Below, piece by piece: positions 1 through 9,614 of a stretch of DNA of 64,000 bases; the first letter of the stretch is position 1, and each line of letters begins with the position of its first letter. Origin of the DNA: Yoonia sp. (GTDB lineage Bacteria > Pseudomonadota > Alphaproteobacteria > Rhodobacterales > Rhodobacteraceae); assembly GCA_047629435.1 (NCBI GenBank), contig JBLHXF010000014.1, positions 801 to 64,800 of the forward strand. The letters run 5' to 3'. The notes beneath the pieces were generated by a model. That model made no database searches and was not told the origin of the DNA. It saw nothing but the letters and a program-made list of their open reading frames with translations. The position numbers were made by a program, and so were the translations under genes.

Positions 1-1810
1 AATACTCGACGCCGTCTTTGGCCTCTTCTTTGGTCAAGATGTTATTGGCGCGCTTGAACCCTTGGATCAGGTTTTCACCGTCATCCGTGGCCAATGTAGC
101 CGCCAATGCCTTAGCGCGTTTGACCAACAACGTCAGATCGTCCGAGCGGTCCATCGCGATGCAAGCATCGATGATATCGTGGCGGATGCCTTGGTCTTTG
201 AGGTAAACCTTGAGGCGGTCGTGGAAGAAGGAGAGGAGGTCGACAGAAATAGTTGAATGAAGGCTAAGCTTAAGATGGGTGGGATGCATTGTTACAACCG
301 CACCCCACAGTTCATCCAATTTAGCAGAGATATCGTTATCCAAAATCAACCGAATAACACCCAACGCTGCTCGGCGCAGCGCAAACGGGTCTTTCGACCC
401 TGTTGGTTTCTCACCAATCGCCCAAAACCCTGTCAGCGTGTCAAGCTTATCTGCAAGCGCCACAGCAACAGACACGGGCGCGGTTGGCACGTCGTCTGAT
501 GGGCCAAGCGGCGAGTAATGCTCTTGGGCGGCGGCGGCGATGGCATCGGACAAGCCAGCCTTGGATGCGTACTTTCGCCCCATAAGCCCTTGAAGTTCGG
601 GGAATTCATAGACCATCTCGGACGACAGGTCGGCCTTGGCCACGCGCGCGGCCTCGGCCACTTCAGCCACATCAGCACCAACCAGCGGGGCGATTTCGGA
701 CGCCAATGCGATGATGCGGTCAATCCGGTCTTTTTGCGTGCCCAGTTTGTTGTGGAACGTCACGTTCGACAGGCTATCAAGCCACGGCTGCATGCCAGCA
801 TGCGCAATGCGCAGATCGTTTTCCCAAAAGAATTTTGCATCCGACAAACGCGCGAAAAGCACCTTTTGGTTGCCCTTTAAAATCGTCGCACCATTGTCCG
901 CCGTCACCGTATTGGCGACGGTGACAAAGCGTTCGATCTGGCCCGTCTTGGCATTGCGCACGGAAAAGAATTTCTGATGCTCTTTCATCGATGTCTGCAA
1001 AACTTCGTCTGGCAATTCATAGAACGACGGATCAATCTGGCCCAGCAAAACAACCGGCCATTCAACCAGCCCTGCGACCTCGGTCAAAAGCCCGCGATCC
1101 TCGACCACTTCCAAACCAAGCGCAAACGCCTGATTGGTCGCGTCGTTCCAGATCATATCGGCACGTTCATCCGCACGCAGCATGACGTGGGCGCGTTTCA
1201 GTTTCGCCTCGTAGTCTTCGAAATTCGTTACCAAAAATGCATCTGGGCTTAGGAAACGGTGACCGCGCGTCGTATTGCCCGAGTTAATCCCGTTGATATC
1301 AAGCGGCACGACTTCAGTACCCGCCTCGTCAGTCAGAATGCAAACGATGGAATGCAATGGGCGGACCCATTTCAATGTGCCAGTGCCCCAGCGCATGGAT
1401 TTCGGCCAAGGGAAATTGCGGACAGCCCCCTCAAGGACCTCTGCAATCACATCAGAAGCCATCCGGCCTGGTTTCTGGATCACGGCGAAATACACCTGAC
1501 CCTTTTTATCATCCCGGATTTCAAGATCGTCACGCGTGACGCCTGCGCCGCGCAAAAAGCCGTTAATCGCCTGATCAGGCGCGCCAACTTTGGGGCCTTT
1601 GCGTTCTTCGCGCACAGGTTTGCTTTCAGCCAGCAAGTCTTCCACAGACAATGTCAAACGGCGCGGCGTTGAGAACGCTGCGGCGGATTTATAGGTCAAA
1701 CCAGCCTCGACCAGCCCGTCAGTGATCAGCTTTTGCAGATCGCTCGCCGCTTTACCCTGCATACGCGCCGGAATTTCCTCGGAGAAAAGTTCAATCAGAA
1801 GATCAGGCAT
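1..1810 (-). CDS. glyS: Glycine--tRNA ligase beta subunit (3'-partial, runs off the window)
   Basis: Hand translation from ATG 1810: [72 protein letters not shown]. Frame is open to position 1. Missing from the ORF track because the stop is outside the window. Confidence 0.97.
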   Translation of the reverse strand, partial: MPDLLIELFSEEIPARMQGKAASDLQKLITDGLVEAGLTYKSAAAFSTPRRLTLSVEDLLAESKPVREERKGPKVGAPDQAINGFLRGAGVTRDDLEIRDDKKGQVYFAVIQKPGRMASDVIAEVLEGAVRNFPWPKSMRWGTGTLKWVRPLHSIVCILTDEAGTEVVPLDINGINSGNTTRGHRFLSPDAFLVTNFEDYEAKLKRAHVMLRADERADMIWNDATNQAFALGLEVVEDRGLLTEVAGLVEWPVVLLGQIDPSFYELPDEVLQTSMKEHQKFFSVRNAKTGQIERFVTVANTVTADNGATILKGNQKVLFARLSDAKFFWENDLRIAHAGMQPWLDSLSNVTFHNKLGTQKDRIDRIIALASEIAPLVGADVAEVAEAARVAKADLSSEMVYEFPELQGLMGRKYASKAGLSDAIAAAAQEHYSPLGPSDDVPTAPVSVAVALADKLDTLTGFWAIGEKPTGSKDPFALRRAALGVIRLILDNDISAKLDELWGAVVTMHPTHLKLSLHSTISVDLLSFFHDRLKVYLKDQGIRHDIIDACIAMDRSDDLTLLVKRAKALAATLATDDGENLIQGFKRANNILTKEEAKDGVEY

Positions 1811-2337
1811 TATTGCAGTCCTTGCGGTGCTGGGGGACATTCGGGCGGTACAGGGTTGCCGTCAAACACGACTTCGCCGCAGAAATTTATCTGGTGCCAC
1901 GAATACGCGCGGCCATCGGGGTACACAGCGATAACGCGATCGATCCCGTATTGGATGTTTTCTTGACCCATAAAGCCAAACGCGATGCCCGTGGATAAGT
2001 CTTCGCCAATCTGGGCTGCGTCAAAGCAGGCAAACCAACCGGGTGCGACGCGCGGCTCTGCATCGTCAGAGATCACATAGGTTTCTGTTAACAATGCTTG
2101 GGAAAGGCCCGTCGTGAAACATGACCGGAACCGCAATGGGCTGCTGTCGCTATCAATGGCCGTGAGATTTTCGAACAAAATACCCTCGGATTCACCTGTT
2201 GCGATCGAAATCATTTGCACTTCTTCAACCTGCGTCGAAACATCGTCGTAATAGGCATAGACCTGCAAATAATACAAAAGCCCACCTGCGAACAAAGCAA
2301 CCACAACCATCCCCAATATCGCTATGCGCGCAATCAT
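1810..2337 (-). CDS. Membrane-anchored conserved hypothetical protein (DUF6446-like) between glyQ and glyS
   Basis: 175 aa, N-terminal hydrophobic helix, several Cys. ATGA overlap with the glyQ stop and TAATG overlap with the glyS start. DUF name is from recall. Confidence 0.8.
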   Translation of the reverse strand: MIARIAILGMVVVALFAGGLLYYLQVYAYYDDVSTQVEEVQMISIATGESEGILFENLTAIDSDSSPLRFRSCFTTGLSQALLTETYVISDDAEPRVAPGWFACFDAAQIGEDLSTGIAFGFMGQENIQYGIDRVIAVYPDGRAYSWHQINFCGEVVFDGNPVPPECPPAPQGLQ

Positions 2338-3254
2338 GCGGCGTATCCTCCCGCGCTGGTCTGCACAAATGCATCCGCGCAGGCCTTGGCCAAAGTACGC
2401 ACCCGTCCGATATACGCTTGGCGTTCAGTAACCGAAATCACGCCGCGTGCGTCGAGCAAGTTAAAGGCATGGCTTGCCTTGATGCATTGGTCATAAGCCG
2501 GATGCGCCATGATGATGCGGCGGCCCGTCTTTGGATCATCCGCAGGCATCGCCAAGATACGTCCACACTCGGCTTCGGCATCTTTAAAGTGCTGCAGCAA
2601 CGTATCGGTGTCGGCCACATCAAAGTTCCAACGGGCATATTCCTGCTCGGTTTGTAAAAACACGTCACCGTATGTCATCGCAATGTCAGCATCTGGATCG
2701 TTGAACGGCATGTCCATCACGTGGTCGCATTCAAGCACGTACATCGCGAGACGTTCCAACCCGTAGGTCAGCTCGCCGGACACAGGTTTGCAATCATGGC
2801 CGCCGACCTGCTGGAAATAGGTGAACTGGCTGACTTCCATGCCGTCACACCAGACTTCCCAGCCAAGCCCCCACGCGCCCAAGGTCGGGCTTTCCCAGTC
2901 GTCCTCGACAAAACGCAGGTCATGCATTGACGCATCAATCCCGATTGCCGCAAGCGAACCGAGGTAAAGCCCCTGCAAATCCGTTGGGCTTGGTTTGATA
3001 ATAACTTGGTATTGATAGTAATGCTGAAGACGGTTCGGGTTCTCGCCGTAGCGGCCATCAGTCGGGCGGCGTGACGGCTGCACATAGGCCGCAGCCCACG
3101 GCTTATCACCCAATGCACGTAAGGTTGTGGCAGGGTGAAATGTCCCTGCGCCAACTTCCATGTCGTAAGGCTGTAGAATAGCGCAGCCTTTGGCCGCCCA
3201 ATAATTCTGGAGCCGTAGGATGATTTCCTGAAAACTGCGTGGTTTATCGGCCAT
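2334..3254 (-). CDS. glyQ: Glycine--tRNA ligase alpha subunit
   Basis: [53 protein letters not shown]. Start taken as ATG 3254 (MADKP). Confidence 0.98.
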   Translation of the reverse strand: MADKPRSFQEIILRLQNYWAAKGCAILQPYDMEVGAGTFHPATTLRALGDKPWAAAYVQPSRRPTDGRYGENPNRLQHYYQYQVIIKPSPTDLQGLYLGSLAAIGIDASMHDLRFVEDDWESPTLGAWGLGWEVWCDGMEVSQFTYFQQVGGHDCKPVSGELTYGLERLAMYVLECDHVMDMPFNDPDADIAMTYGDVFLQTEQEYARWNFDVADTDTLLQHFKDAEAECGRILAMPADDPKTGRRIIMAHPAYDQCIKASHAFNLLDARGVISVTERQAYIGRVRTLAKACADAFVQTSAGGYAA

Positions 3255-3436
3255 CTTTGCCCTCTTTGACTGGTTGATCAACTCATACGCAGATGGACCC
3301 AAAGGGTCAATTAGAACACGGGTGCTTAATTCTTCGCCCCTGCTGTATTTTCGGGGCTGCACTTTGGTACATCTCTGTTAACTTCCGCGACAATCCGCTT
3401 AGGCGGTCCTGTTTTTTCCAGATTCTGAGGCGTTCC

Positions 3437-5206
3437 ATGTTGCGGGCAATCATTTCAGTTCTTTTTCTTGGCCTTTGGCCAGTGACCACCTTAGCGCAAA
3501 ACGTTGTGTACGTTCAGGTCGAGGCACAACCAACGCTTTCATCTGCACAAGCACGGGCAAGGTTTTATGCGGGTCAGCTGGAAAACGTGAACGGCTATTT
3601 CCTTGGGGGTCGTTGGTACGGCGTCGTCTTAGGGCCATATGCACCCAATGATGCAAACACAGTTCTGCGCCAACTGCGCCGCGAAGGCAAAATCCCGAAC
3701 GACAGCTACATCGTCACCGGCGGCAATTTCAGACAGCAGTTTTGGCCGATTGGCGTCGGCGCTCAAACGACCGCTCAACCATTGCCAGAGACCACAACAC
3801 CGACTGTTGAAAACGACGCTCCGGTTGAAATTGCGCCGCTGGCCGAAGTTGCAGCGCCTGAAATTGACCCGATCGCGATCCCCGACGAGACACGCGCACA
3901 AGCACGCGCATCAGAAGCGCTTTTGGATCGCAACCAACGCAAGGATCTTCAAACTGCGTTGCAATGGGCGGATTTTTATACATCGGCTATCGACGGTGCC
4001 TACGGACGCGGCACCCGCGCTTCGATGCGTGCATGGCAAGAGGCCAACTTTGAAGACCCAACAGGTATTCTAACAACCGCACAGCGGGCAGCACTGCTTA
4101 CGTCGTATAATGCCGTGCTTGATGGCATGGAGCTGCAACTGGTCCGCGATGATGCATCTGGTATCGAAATGCTGATCCCAACGGGTATTGTCGCGTTTTC
4201 CGAATACGAGCCGCCATTCGCGCGTTTCGACCCCAAAAGTGATCTTAACGCCCGCGTCCTATTCATTTCGCAAGAAGGCGACCAAAACCGCTTGTTTGGT
4301 TTGTATGAAATCCTACAGACCCTCGCGATTGTCCCCCAAGAAGGGCCGCGCAAGCGCAATGACCGGTCGTTCGAGCTTGAAGGTATCAACGACGACATTC
4401 ATTCCTATACCTATGCCACACTAAAAAATGGCGAGATCAAGGGCTTTAGCCTGATTTGGCCAGCTGGTGATGACGAGCGACGGCGCCGCGTCTTGGGTGA
4501 AATGAAAGCCAGCTTTGTGGCATTGGACGGAACTTTGGACCCATCCCTTGCGACCCCGGGCGAAGACCAAGCCATCGATCTGGTCGCTGGGCTTGCCGTG
4601 CGAAAACCTAAACTATCGCGGTCCGGATTTTTCATCAATGATGCAGGCACCGTTCTGACGACGTCCGAAGCAGTTGGGTCATGCGACCGGATTTCGCTGA
4701 ACAATGAGCATAACGCGCAAGTGGTCCATCTGGACGAAACCCTAGGGCTGGCGGTTCTGCGCCCTGACGAGACGCTATCCCCACTAGGTGTTGCGATGTT
4801 TCAAACAGGCATTCCGCGTCTGCAAGCCGAAGTAGCCGTTGCAGGTTTTCCGTATGGCGGCGTTCTTGTGACACCGTCTCTGACGTTTGGACGCTTGGCC
4901 GATCTGCGCGGCTTGAACGGTGAAGAAGCGATAAAGCGACTGGCGCTGACCGCCCAACCTAGCGATGCGGGGGGGCCTGTGTTTGACAACGGCGGGTCCG
5001 TTCTGGGCATGTTATTGCCGCGCAAAGTCAGCGGCGGACAGGTTTTACCGCCAGAGGTGAATTTCTCAGTCGACAGCGACGAGATTTTGGCGTCGTTGAC
5101 TGCTGCTGGAATTGAAGCTCAGACCACTGATACATTGGCCTTCATGCCCCCTGAAACGCTGACCCTGCGGGCTGCTGACAGCACCGTATTGGTCAGCTGC
5201 TGGTAA
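3437..5206 (+). CDS. Secreted SPOR-like / peptidoglycan-binding / trypsin-fold protein (catalytic triad absent)
   Basis: Signal peptide MLRAIISVLFLGLWPVTTLA; PG_binding_1-like LQTALQ..IDGAYGRGT..WQ..TGILT; C-terminal trypsin-like SGFFI..GTVLT and AGGPV. Confidence 0.8.
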   Translation: MLRAIISVLFLGLWPVTTLAQNVVYVQVEAQPTLSSAQARARFYAGQLENVNGYFLGGRWYGVVLGPYAPNDANTVLRQLRREGKIPNDSYIVTGGNFRQQFWPIGVGAQTTAQPLPETTTPTVENDAPVEIAPLAEVAAPEIDPIAIPDETRAQARASEALLDRNQRKDLQTALQWADFYTSAIDGAYGRGTRASMRAWQEANFEDPTGILTTAQRAALLTSYNAVLDGMELQLVRDDASGIEMLIPTGIVAFSEYEPPFARFDPKSDLNARVLFISQEGDQNRLFGLYEILQTLAIVPQEGPRKRNDRSFELEGINDDIHSYTYATLKNGEIKGFSLIWPAGDDERRRRVLGEMKASFVALDGTLDPSLATPGEDQAIDLVAGLAVRKPKLSRSGFFINDAGTVLTTSEAVGSCDRISLNNEHNAQVVHLDETLGLAVLRPDETLSPLGVAMFQTGIPRLQAEVAVAGFPYGGVLVTPSLTFGRLADLRGLNGEEAIKRLALTAQPSDAGGPVFDNGGSVLGMLLPRKVSGGQVLPPEVNFSVDSDEILASLTAAGIEAQTTDTLAFMPPETLTLRAADSTVLVSCW

Positions 5207-5210
5207 GCAA

Positions 5211-5232
5211 AATGGGTTAAAACCCATCCTAC
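5211..5232 (-). repeat. GTAG-type REP-like palindrome (GTAGGATGGGTTTTAACCCATT)
   Basis: 22 nt, 5' GTAG plus ATGGGTT/AACCCAT hairpin, between convergent genes; related copies at 43551 and 43589. Confidence 0.7.
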
Positions 5233-5236
5233 TCCC

Positions 5237-6820
5237 CTAGCAAATTTCGGATGTCACATGAATGACGGTCGGTCCATTCGCGCCAAGAGCCGTGGCAACA
5301 GCAACCTTTAAATCATTCAGCGATTTGGGTGCAGCTGTCGCACATCCATAGGCGTCTGCCAGTTTCACAAAATCAGGGTTCTTTTGAATGACTGCGTTTG
5401 GCGCGATCTGCGCATGAACCATGCTGTCTTCGATCTCGCCTAGCTTACCGTTGTCCCAAATGATGATTGGAAGACAAAGGTTCAACTCGACAGCCACCAT
5501 TAATTCCTGCAGCGAGTATTGGAAACCGTAATCCCCAGCGATAGCCACAACGGGTTTGTCCCCTATTCCTATTTTACCACCGATTGCGGCAGGCAGCGCG
5601 TAACCAAGCGTGCCGAACCCATAAGGGTGATGCCAATGGCCAGGGCTATCCATCGGATACACCTCTTTGGCAGCATAGGCGAATTGGGTCATGTCTGAAA
5701 AAATCATGGTCTCCGGCGGCAACATTTCTTTCAGAGCGTCGACGACAGGCAGAATGCCAGGACGCTCTGCATTAATCTCGGCACGCATACGCGTGCGAAA
5801 GTCTGCGACTTCGGATACGGTCCAAGACGTCGCGGGCAAATGGATATCTAACTCCATAGAAAGCGTCCTGAAAAAATCGGCTGCATCCGTTCTTATTTGC
5901 AAATCGGCCGCATGGCGATCACGCAACACTTCGACGTCCAAATCTACGCGGATCAATTGCCCAGTATGACCTAAATTACTCCGCCAAAGATCAACTTCAG
6001 CCAACTCTGTGCCCACAGCAACGATGACGTCAGCGCGCGCAATCACATCTTCGCTAGCAGGCCGCGCCAAAGTAGATCCAAAATTCAGGGGATAATCATC
6101 CGCAACAATACCGCGTCCAGCATAGGTCATGAAACAAGCTGCGCCTGTTAGATCCAAGATTTCACGTACATGATGTGCTGATCGTGATGCACCGCCACCA
6201 AAGATGAAGAGTGGCCGTTTTGCATTTCGAAGAGCTGGAACCACATCAACCACAAGATCTAGGGCATTAGTATAAGAGGATGGGGAGGACTTATGGGAAG
6301 GAAAAGACTGCGTAACCTCTTCAAGCAGTTTGATCGGCACTATAAGAGACTTGGATCGTTTCCGTTCAATCTTGAACTCGGCCAAAGCCCGATCAATCAG
6401 CGCATATGCAGCATCAGCAGTGCGAGCGGTTTCGGACCAATCACAGACAGCAGCTCCTGCGGCCTCTTGATCTTTCATCTGATGTAACTGCCCGCGTGTG
6501 GCCGCTGTTTCATCCAGACACGACGAAATCACCAACATTGGCACACTGTCCGAATAGGCTTGCCCCATCGGGGTCATTATGTTGCAAAGCCCTGGTCCTG
6601 TGATGACATAAGCCACCCCTGGCTTGCCTGTAGCACGGGCATACCCATCGGCCATAAACCCTGCGCCCTGCTCATGGCGGGCGAGCACATGGGTCAACCC
6701 GGCCTCTTCGATGCCACGGTACATTTCTTGGTTATGCACACCCGGAATGCCAAAGATCACATCAACACCGCGATCTTTCAACATGTGGGAAATTTGGGCA
6801 CCGAGAGGGCGTTGGGTCAT
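5237..6820 (-). CDS. ThDP-dependent enzyme, acetolactate-synthase family (5-guanidino-2-oxopentanoate decarboxylase-like)
   Basis: VIFGIPGVHN, ARHEQGAGFMADGYAR, GPG motif; ThDP motif GDYGFQ..IIWDNG. Substrate uncertain. Confidence 0.85.
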   Translation of the reverse strand: MTQRPLGAQISHMLKDRGVDVIFGIPGVHNQEMYRGIEEAGLTHVLARHEQGAGFMADGYARATGKPGVAYVITGPGLCNIMTPMGQAYSDSVPMLVISSCLDETAATRGQLHQMKDQEAAGAAVCDWSETARTADAAYALIDRALAEFKIERKRSKSLIVPIKLLEEVTQSFPSHKSSPSSYTNALDLVVDVVPALRNAKRPLFIFGGGASRSAHHVREILDLTGAACFMTYAGRGIVADDYPLNFGSTLARPASEDVIARADVIVAVGTELAEVDLWRSNLGHTGQLIRVDLDVEVLRDRHAADLQIRTDAADFFRTLSMELDIHLPATSWTVSEVADFRTRMRAEINAERPGILPVVDALKEMLPPETMIFSDMTQFAYAAKEVYPMDSPGHWHHPYGFGTLGYALPAAIGGKIGIGDKPVVAIAGDYGFQYSLQELMVAVELNLCLPIIIWDNGKLGEIEDSMVHAQIAPNAVIQKNPDFVKLADAYGCATAAPKSLNDLKVAVATALGANGPTVIHVTSEIC

Positions 6821-8269
6821 TTAAGATCTCCAGAAAGATACGGTGAGAATTGTCAGCACAGCCATGATTTCCAGACGGCCAAAGAACATGGCGACAGATA
6901 AAATCCACTTGGCAGTGTCATTAAGCCCCGAGAAATTACCCGAAGGCCCAATCTCGGTACCAAGGCCGGGTCCAATGTTTGCAATCGCAGATGCAGCACC
7001 CGACACAGAGGTGATGAAATCCAGCCCTGTCAGCCCAAGCAGCGTCGCCGTAATCCCAAGCGCCAGAACAAAGGCCACAAAGAACGCCATGACCGAATTG
7101 AGAACATCCTCGGATACGGGCCGCCCGTCATAGCGCGGCACGAACAGGCCATGCGGCGAATGGATTTGGCGAATTTGGCTTTTGATCGACGCGACAAGTA
7201 ATTGGTACCGGAACACTTTAACTGAACAGGCAGTTGACCCCGCGCAACCACCAATTAGGCCAATGAAAAAGAACATCACGACAGGAAATGTACCCCACGT
7301 CATATAGTCCGCGTTTGAATATCCCGTTCCAGAAATAATCGATGTGACGTTGAACAACGCCTCGCGGAATGCCGTTTCGGTGATGATCCCGTCGCGTCCC
7401 CATATCCATGCCGAAATAAGCAGAACGCAAACACTTACGATCATGAAAAATGTGCGGATTTGGCTGTCGCGGTACATCGGTACAGCCGTCCCAGCCAGCA
7501 ACTGAACGTAGCGCACAAATGGCAATGCCGCTAAGATCATGAACACCACGGCTGTATAATGAACAGCCATACCGTAAACGCCGAACGATGCATCAGAATT
7601 GGCCATGCCCCCTGTGGAAACGGTCGTCATCGCGTGGGTCATGGCATCAAAGCCTGTCATCCCAAACGCCGAATACGCCAACGCGCAGGTGATGGTCAGC
7701 GACACATAAATCACCGCAATACGACTGGCGATTTCACCGGCGCGGGGCAGGATTTTGCCGTCAGTGTCAAACCCTTCGGTCCGGAAAATCTGCATACCGC
7801 CAACGCGCAGTTCCGGCAAGAACACCATCGCAACCACAATGATACCAACACCGCCAAGCCATTGCAGGATACCGCGCCACAGCTTGAGCCCTTCTGGTAG
7901 TGCTTCTAATCCGCTGAAAACTGTCGATCCTGTCGTCGTCAGCCCTGACATCGCCTCAAAGAATGCATCTGTGAAATTTGCGTTAGTGGCCCCAAGTACA
8001 AAGGGGATCGCACCAAATACGGGCAGCGTCAGCCAAACAAGCGAGGTCAACAAAAACGTCTGCCGCAACGTCAGCCCCGCCGTGACACCGTTTGCGCATG
8101 CGCCCGCGAGCAAACCACCCGTCAGGATCGTAATAATCGCGCTTTCCATGAAGACAGGCCAATGGCCGTTATCAGCCAACAGGTCAGCGGCCAAAGGCGC
8201 CAGCATGGTGATCCCAAGCGACGCCACAAGCAGTCCGATAACATATCCCACTGGGCGTAAATCAAGCAT
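6821..8269 (-). CDS. trkH: Trk system potassium uptake membrane protein
   Basis: Pore-loop motifs FFEAMSGLTTTGST, WLGGVGII, STGG, SGTGYS, GGCAGST, ANIGPGLG. Confidence 0.95.
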   Translation of the reverse strand: MLDLRPVGYVIGLLVASLGITMLAPLAADLLADNGHWPVFMESAIITILTGGLLAGACANGVTAGLTLRQTFLLTSLVWLTLPVFGAIPFVLGATNANFTDAFFEAMSGLTTTGSTVFSGLEALPEGLKLWRGILQWLGGVGIIVVAMVFLPELRVGGMQIFRTEGFDTDGKILPRAGEIASRIAVIYVSLTITCALAYSAFGMTGFDAMTHAMTTVSTGGMANSDASFGVYGMAVHYTAVVFMILAALPFVRYVQLLAGTAVPMYRDSQIRTFFMIVSVCVLLISAWIWGRDGIITETAFREALFNVTSIISGTGYSNADYMTWGTFPVVMFFFIGLIGGCAGSTACSVKVFRYQLLVASIKSQIRQIHSPHGLFVPRYDGRPVSEDVLNSVMAFFVAFVLALGITATLLGLTGLDFITSVSGAASAIANIGPGLGTEIGPSGNFSGLNDTAKWILSVAMFFGRLEIMAVLTILTVSFWRS

Positions 8270-8318
8270 AGGTCAGGGGTGGCCCGCCATTGCATCCATG
8301 TCAAGGATCGACGTGGGC

Positions 8319-9422
8319 TTAACCTGTGTGGAACAGCGTCTGGAACATGCGTGGATCGATGGATGCCGCGTCAAATGTCGGACCTTCCGTCAAGATCGAC
8401 ACCGCGTCATGGCTGTGCAGACTTTCTTGATGGCTCGCCACGATGCGGAAATCGCCAACGCGCTGGTCACTTAGCAATTGTTCGCAAAACAGGCGCGCCG
8501 CATCTTCGACAAAGATCGGGTTCGCGGCATTCAATTCAGCAAACGCCTGTTCATCTTCGCGTTTCACCATGACTTGGGTTTCTGTCGGCACAGCCGCGCG
8601 GGCCATGTCGATCACATCTTCAAACCACAAAATAGGCTGATCGGCTTCTACCACCAATGACATGCGGGCCACGGACCGTTGACTGTGCGGCGTTGCAAGC
8701 TGGCCGCGGAATTGGCGGGCATGCTCGGACAGTTCCAGCGAACATGGGCATGTGCTTGAATACACATAATCCAAATGCACGATTTTACGGCGGACGCCGT
8801 TCACTTCGATCAATTCCAGCGCGATGTCGTAATACTGATAGCCCGATAGGCCGGACCGCAGGCTATCGACCTTCATCGGGAACGAAAACCGCATCTGAAT
8901 GCGCGCGTCAAAGCTGTCTAGGTCGGTTTTATATGCATCTAGCGCACGCTCGATCACTTCAAAGCTAAACGTTTCCTCGGCATGCTTATAGAACGTGCGC
9001 ATGATACGGGACATGTTGATGCCCTTTTTCTCAGCCTCAAGGCTGACCGATCCTGTCACTGATGTCTCAAGCGTTAGATCACTGCCGCCACGGGTATGAA
9101 ATCGGATCGGCAGCCGGAAATTGCTGATACCAACATGCTGGATTTGCTGTTTGGCGCCGCGAATAAGGCTGCTTGGCCCGTTCTGCAGGTCGGGCATCGA
9201 CGCCTTATAGGCATCATCAACTTCAAATGCGTCGGGGTATGCGCGGGCCAAAGCGGGGTAATTGCCGACCTCTTGACCCGGGATAAGACGACTGACCAAC
9301 GGATCAAGCATCGACACCTCTTCTGGTGTCACATCGACAGCCCAGCGGCGTAGCAAAGCCAAAGCTGCTTCCGCCTCTTGGCGGGTTGGTTCACGGTCAA
9401 AATCGGTATCATGAGCGTTCAT
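8319..9422 (-). CDS. folE2: GTP cyclohydrolase IB (FolE2)
   Basis: QHVGISNFRLP, KGINMSRI, YSSTCPCSLELS, TPHSQRS, FVEDAAR, HQESLHSHDA. Start 9422 preferred; an in-frame ATG also exists at 9530. Confidence 0.93.
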   Translation of the reverse strand: MNAHDTDFDREPTRQEAEAALALLRRWAVDVTPEEVSMLDPLVSRLIPGQEVGNYPALARAYPDAFEVDDAYKASMPDLQNGPSSLIRGAKQQIQHVGISNFRLPIRFHTRGGSDLTLETSVTGSVSLEAEKKGINMSRIMRTFYKHAEETFSFEVIERALDAYKTDLDSFDARIQMRFSFPMKVDSLRSGLSGYQYYDIALELIEVNGVRRKIVHLDYVYSSTCPCSLELSEHARQFRGQLATPHSQRSVARMSLVVEADQPILWFEDVIDMARAAVPTETQVMVKREDEQAFAELNAANPIFVEDAARLFCEQLLSDQRVGDFRIVASHQESLHSHDAVSILTEGPTFDAASIDPRMFQTLFHTG

Positions 9423-9614
9423 ATCTATGGCCCCGTCTGGTGCATCACCCCCTTTTACATGGGGTGTCGCGTCGGAACTTCCATTATTTTCGTAATAGAG
9501 TCGTGACAATGTGGCCCGTAGATCAGTCATAACGCGGTCTCCTTGGGGCTAACCTATCAGATTAACAACCGCAGGGAGTGGTGAAAAACGCCACACCCTG
9601 CGTCATATCCGCAA

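Noticed and set aside
240-360. Possible frameshift in the AT-richer, divergent segment of glyS
   Set aside because: Hand translation keeps one frame from ALGVIRL through to LLSFFHDRL; it is a variable linker.
7755-8474. 239-aa plus-strand ORF
   Set aside because: Antisense shadow of trkH and folE2; Ser/Pro-rich with no motifs.
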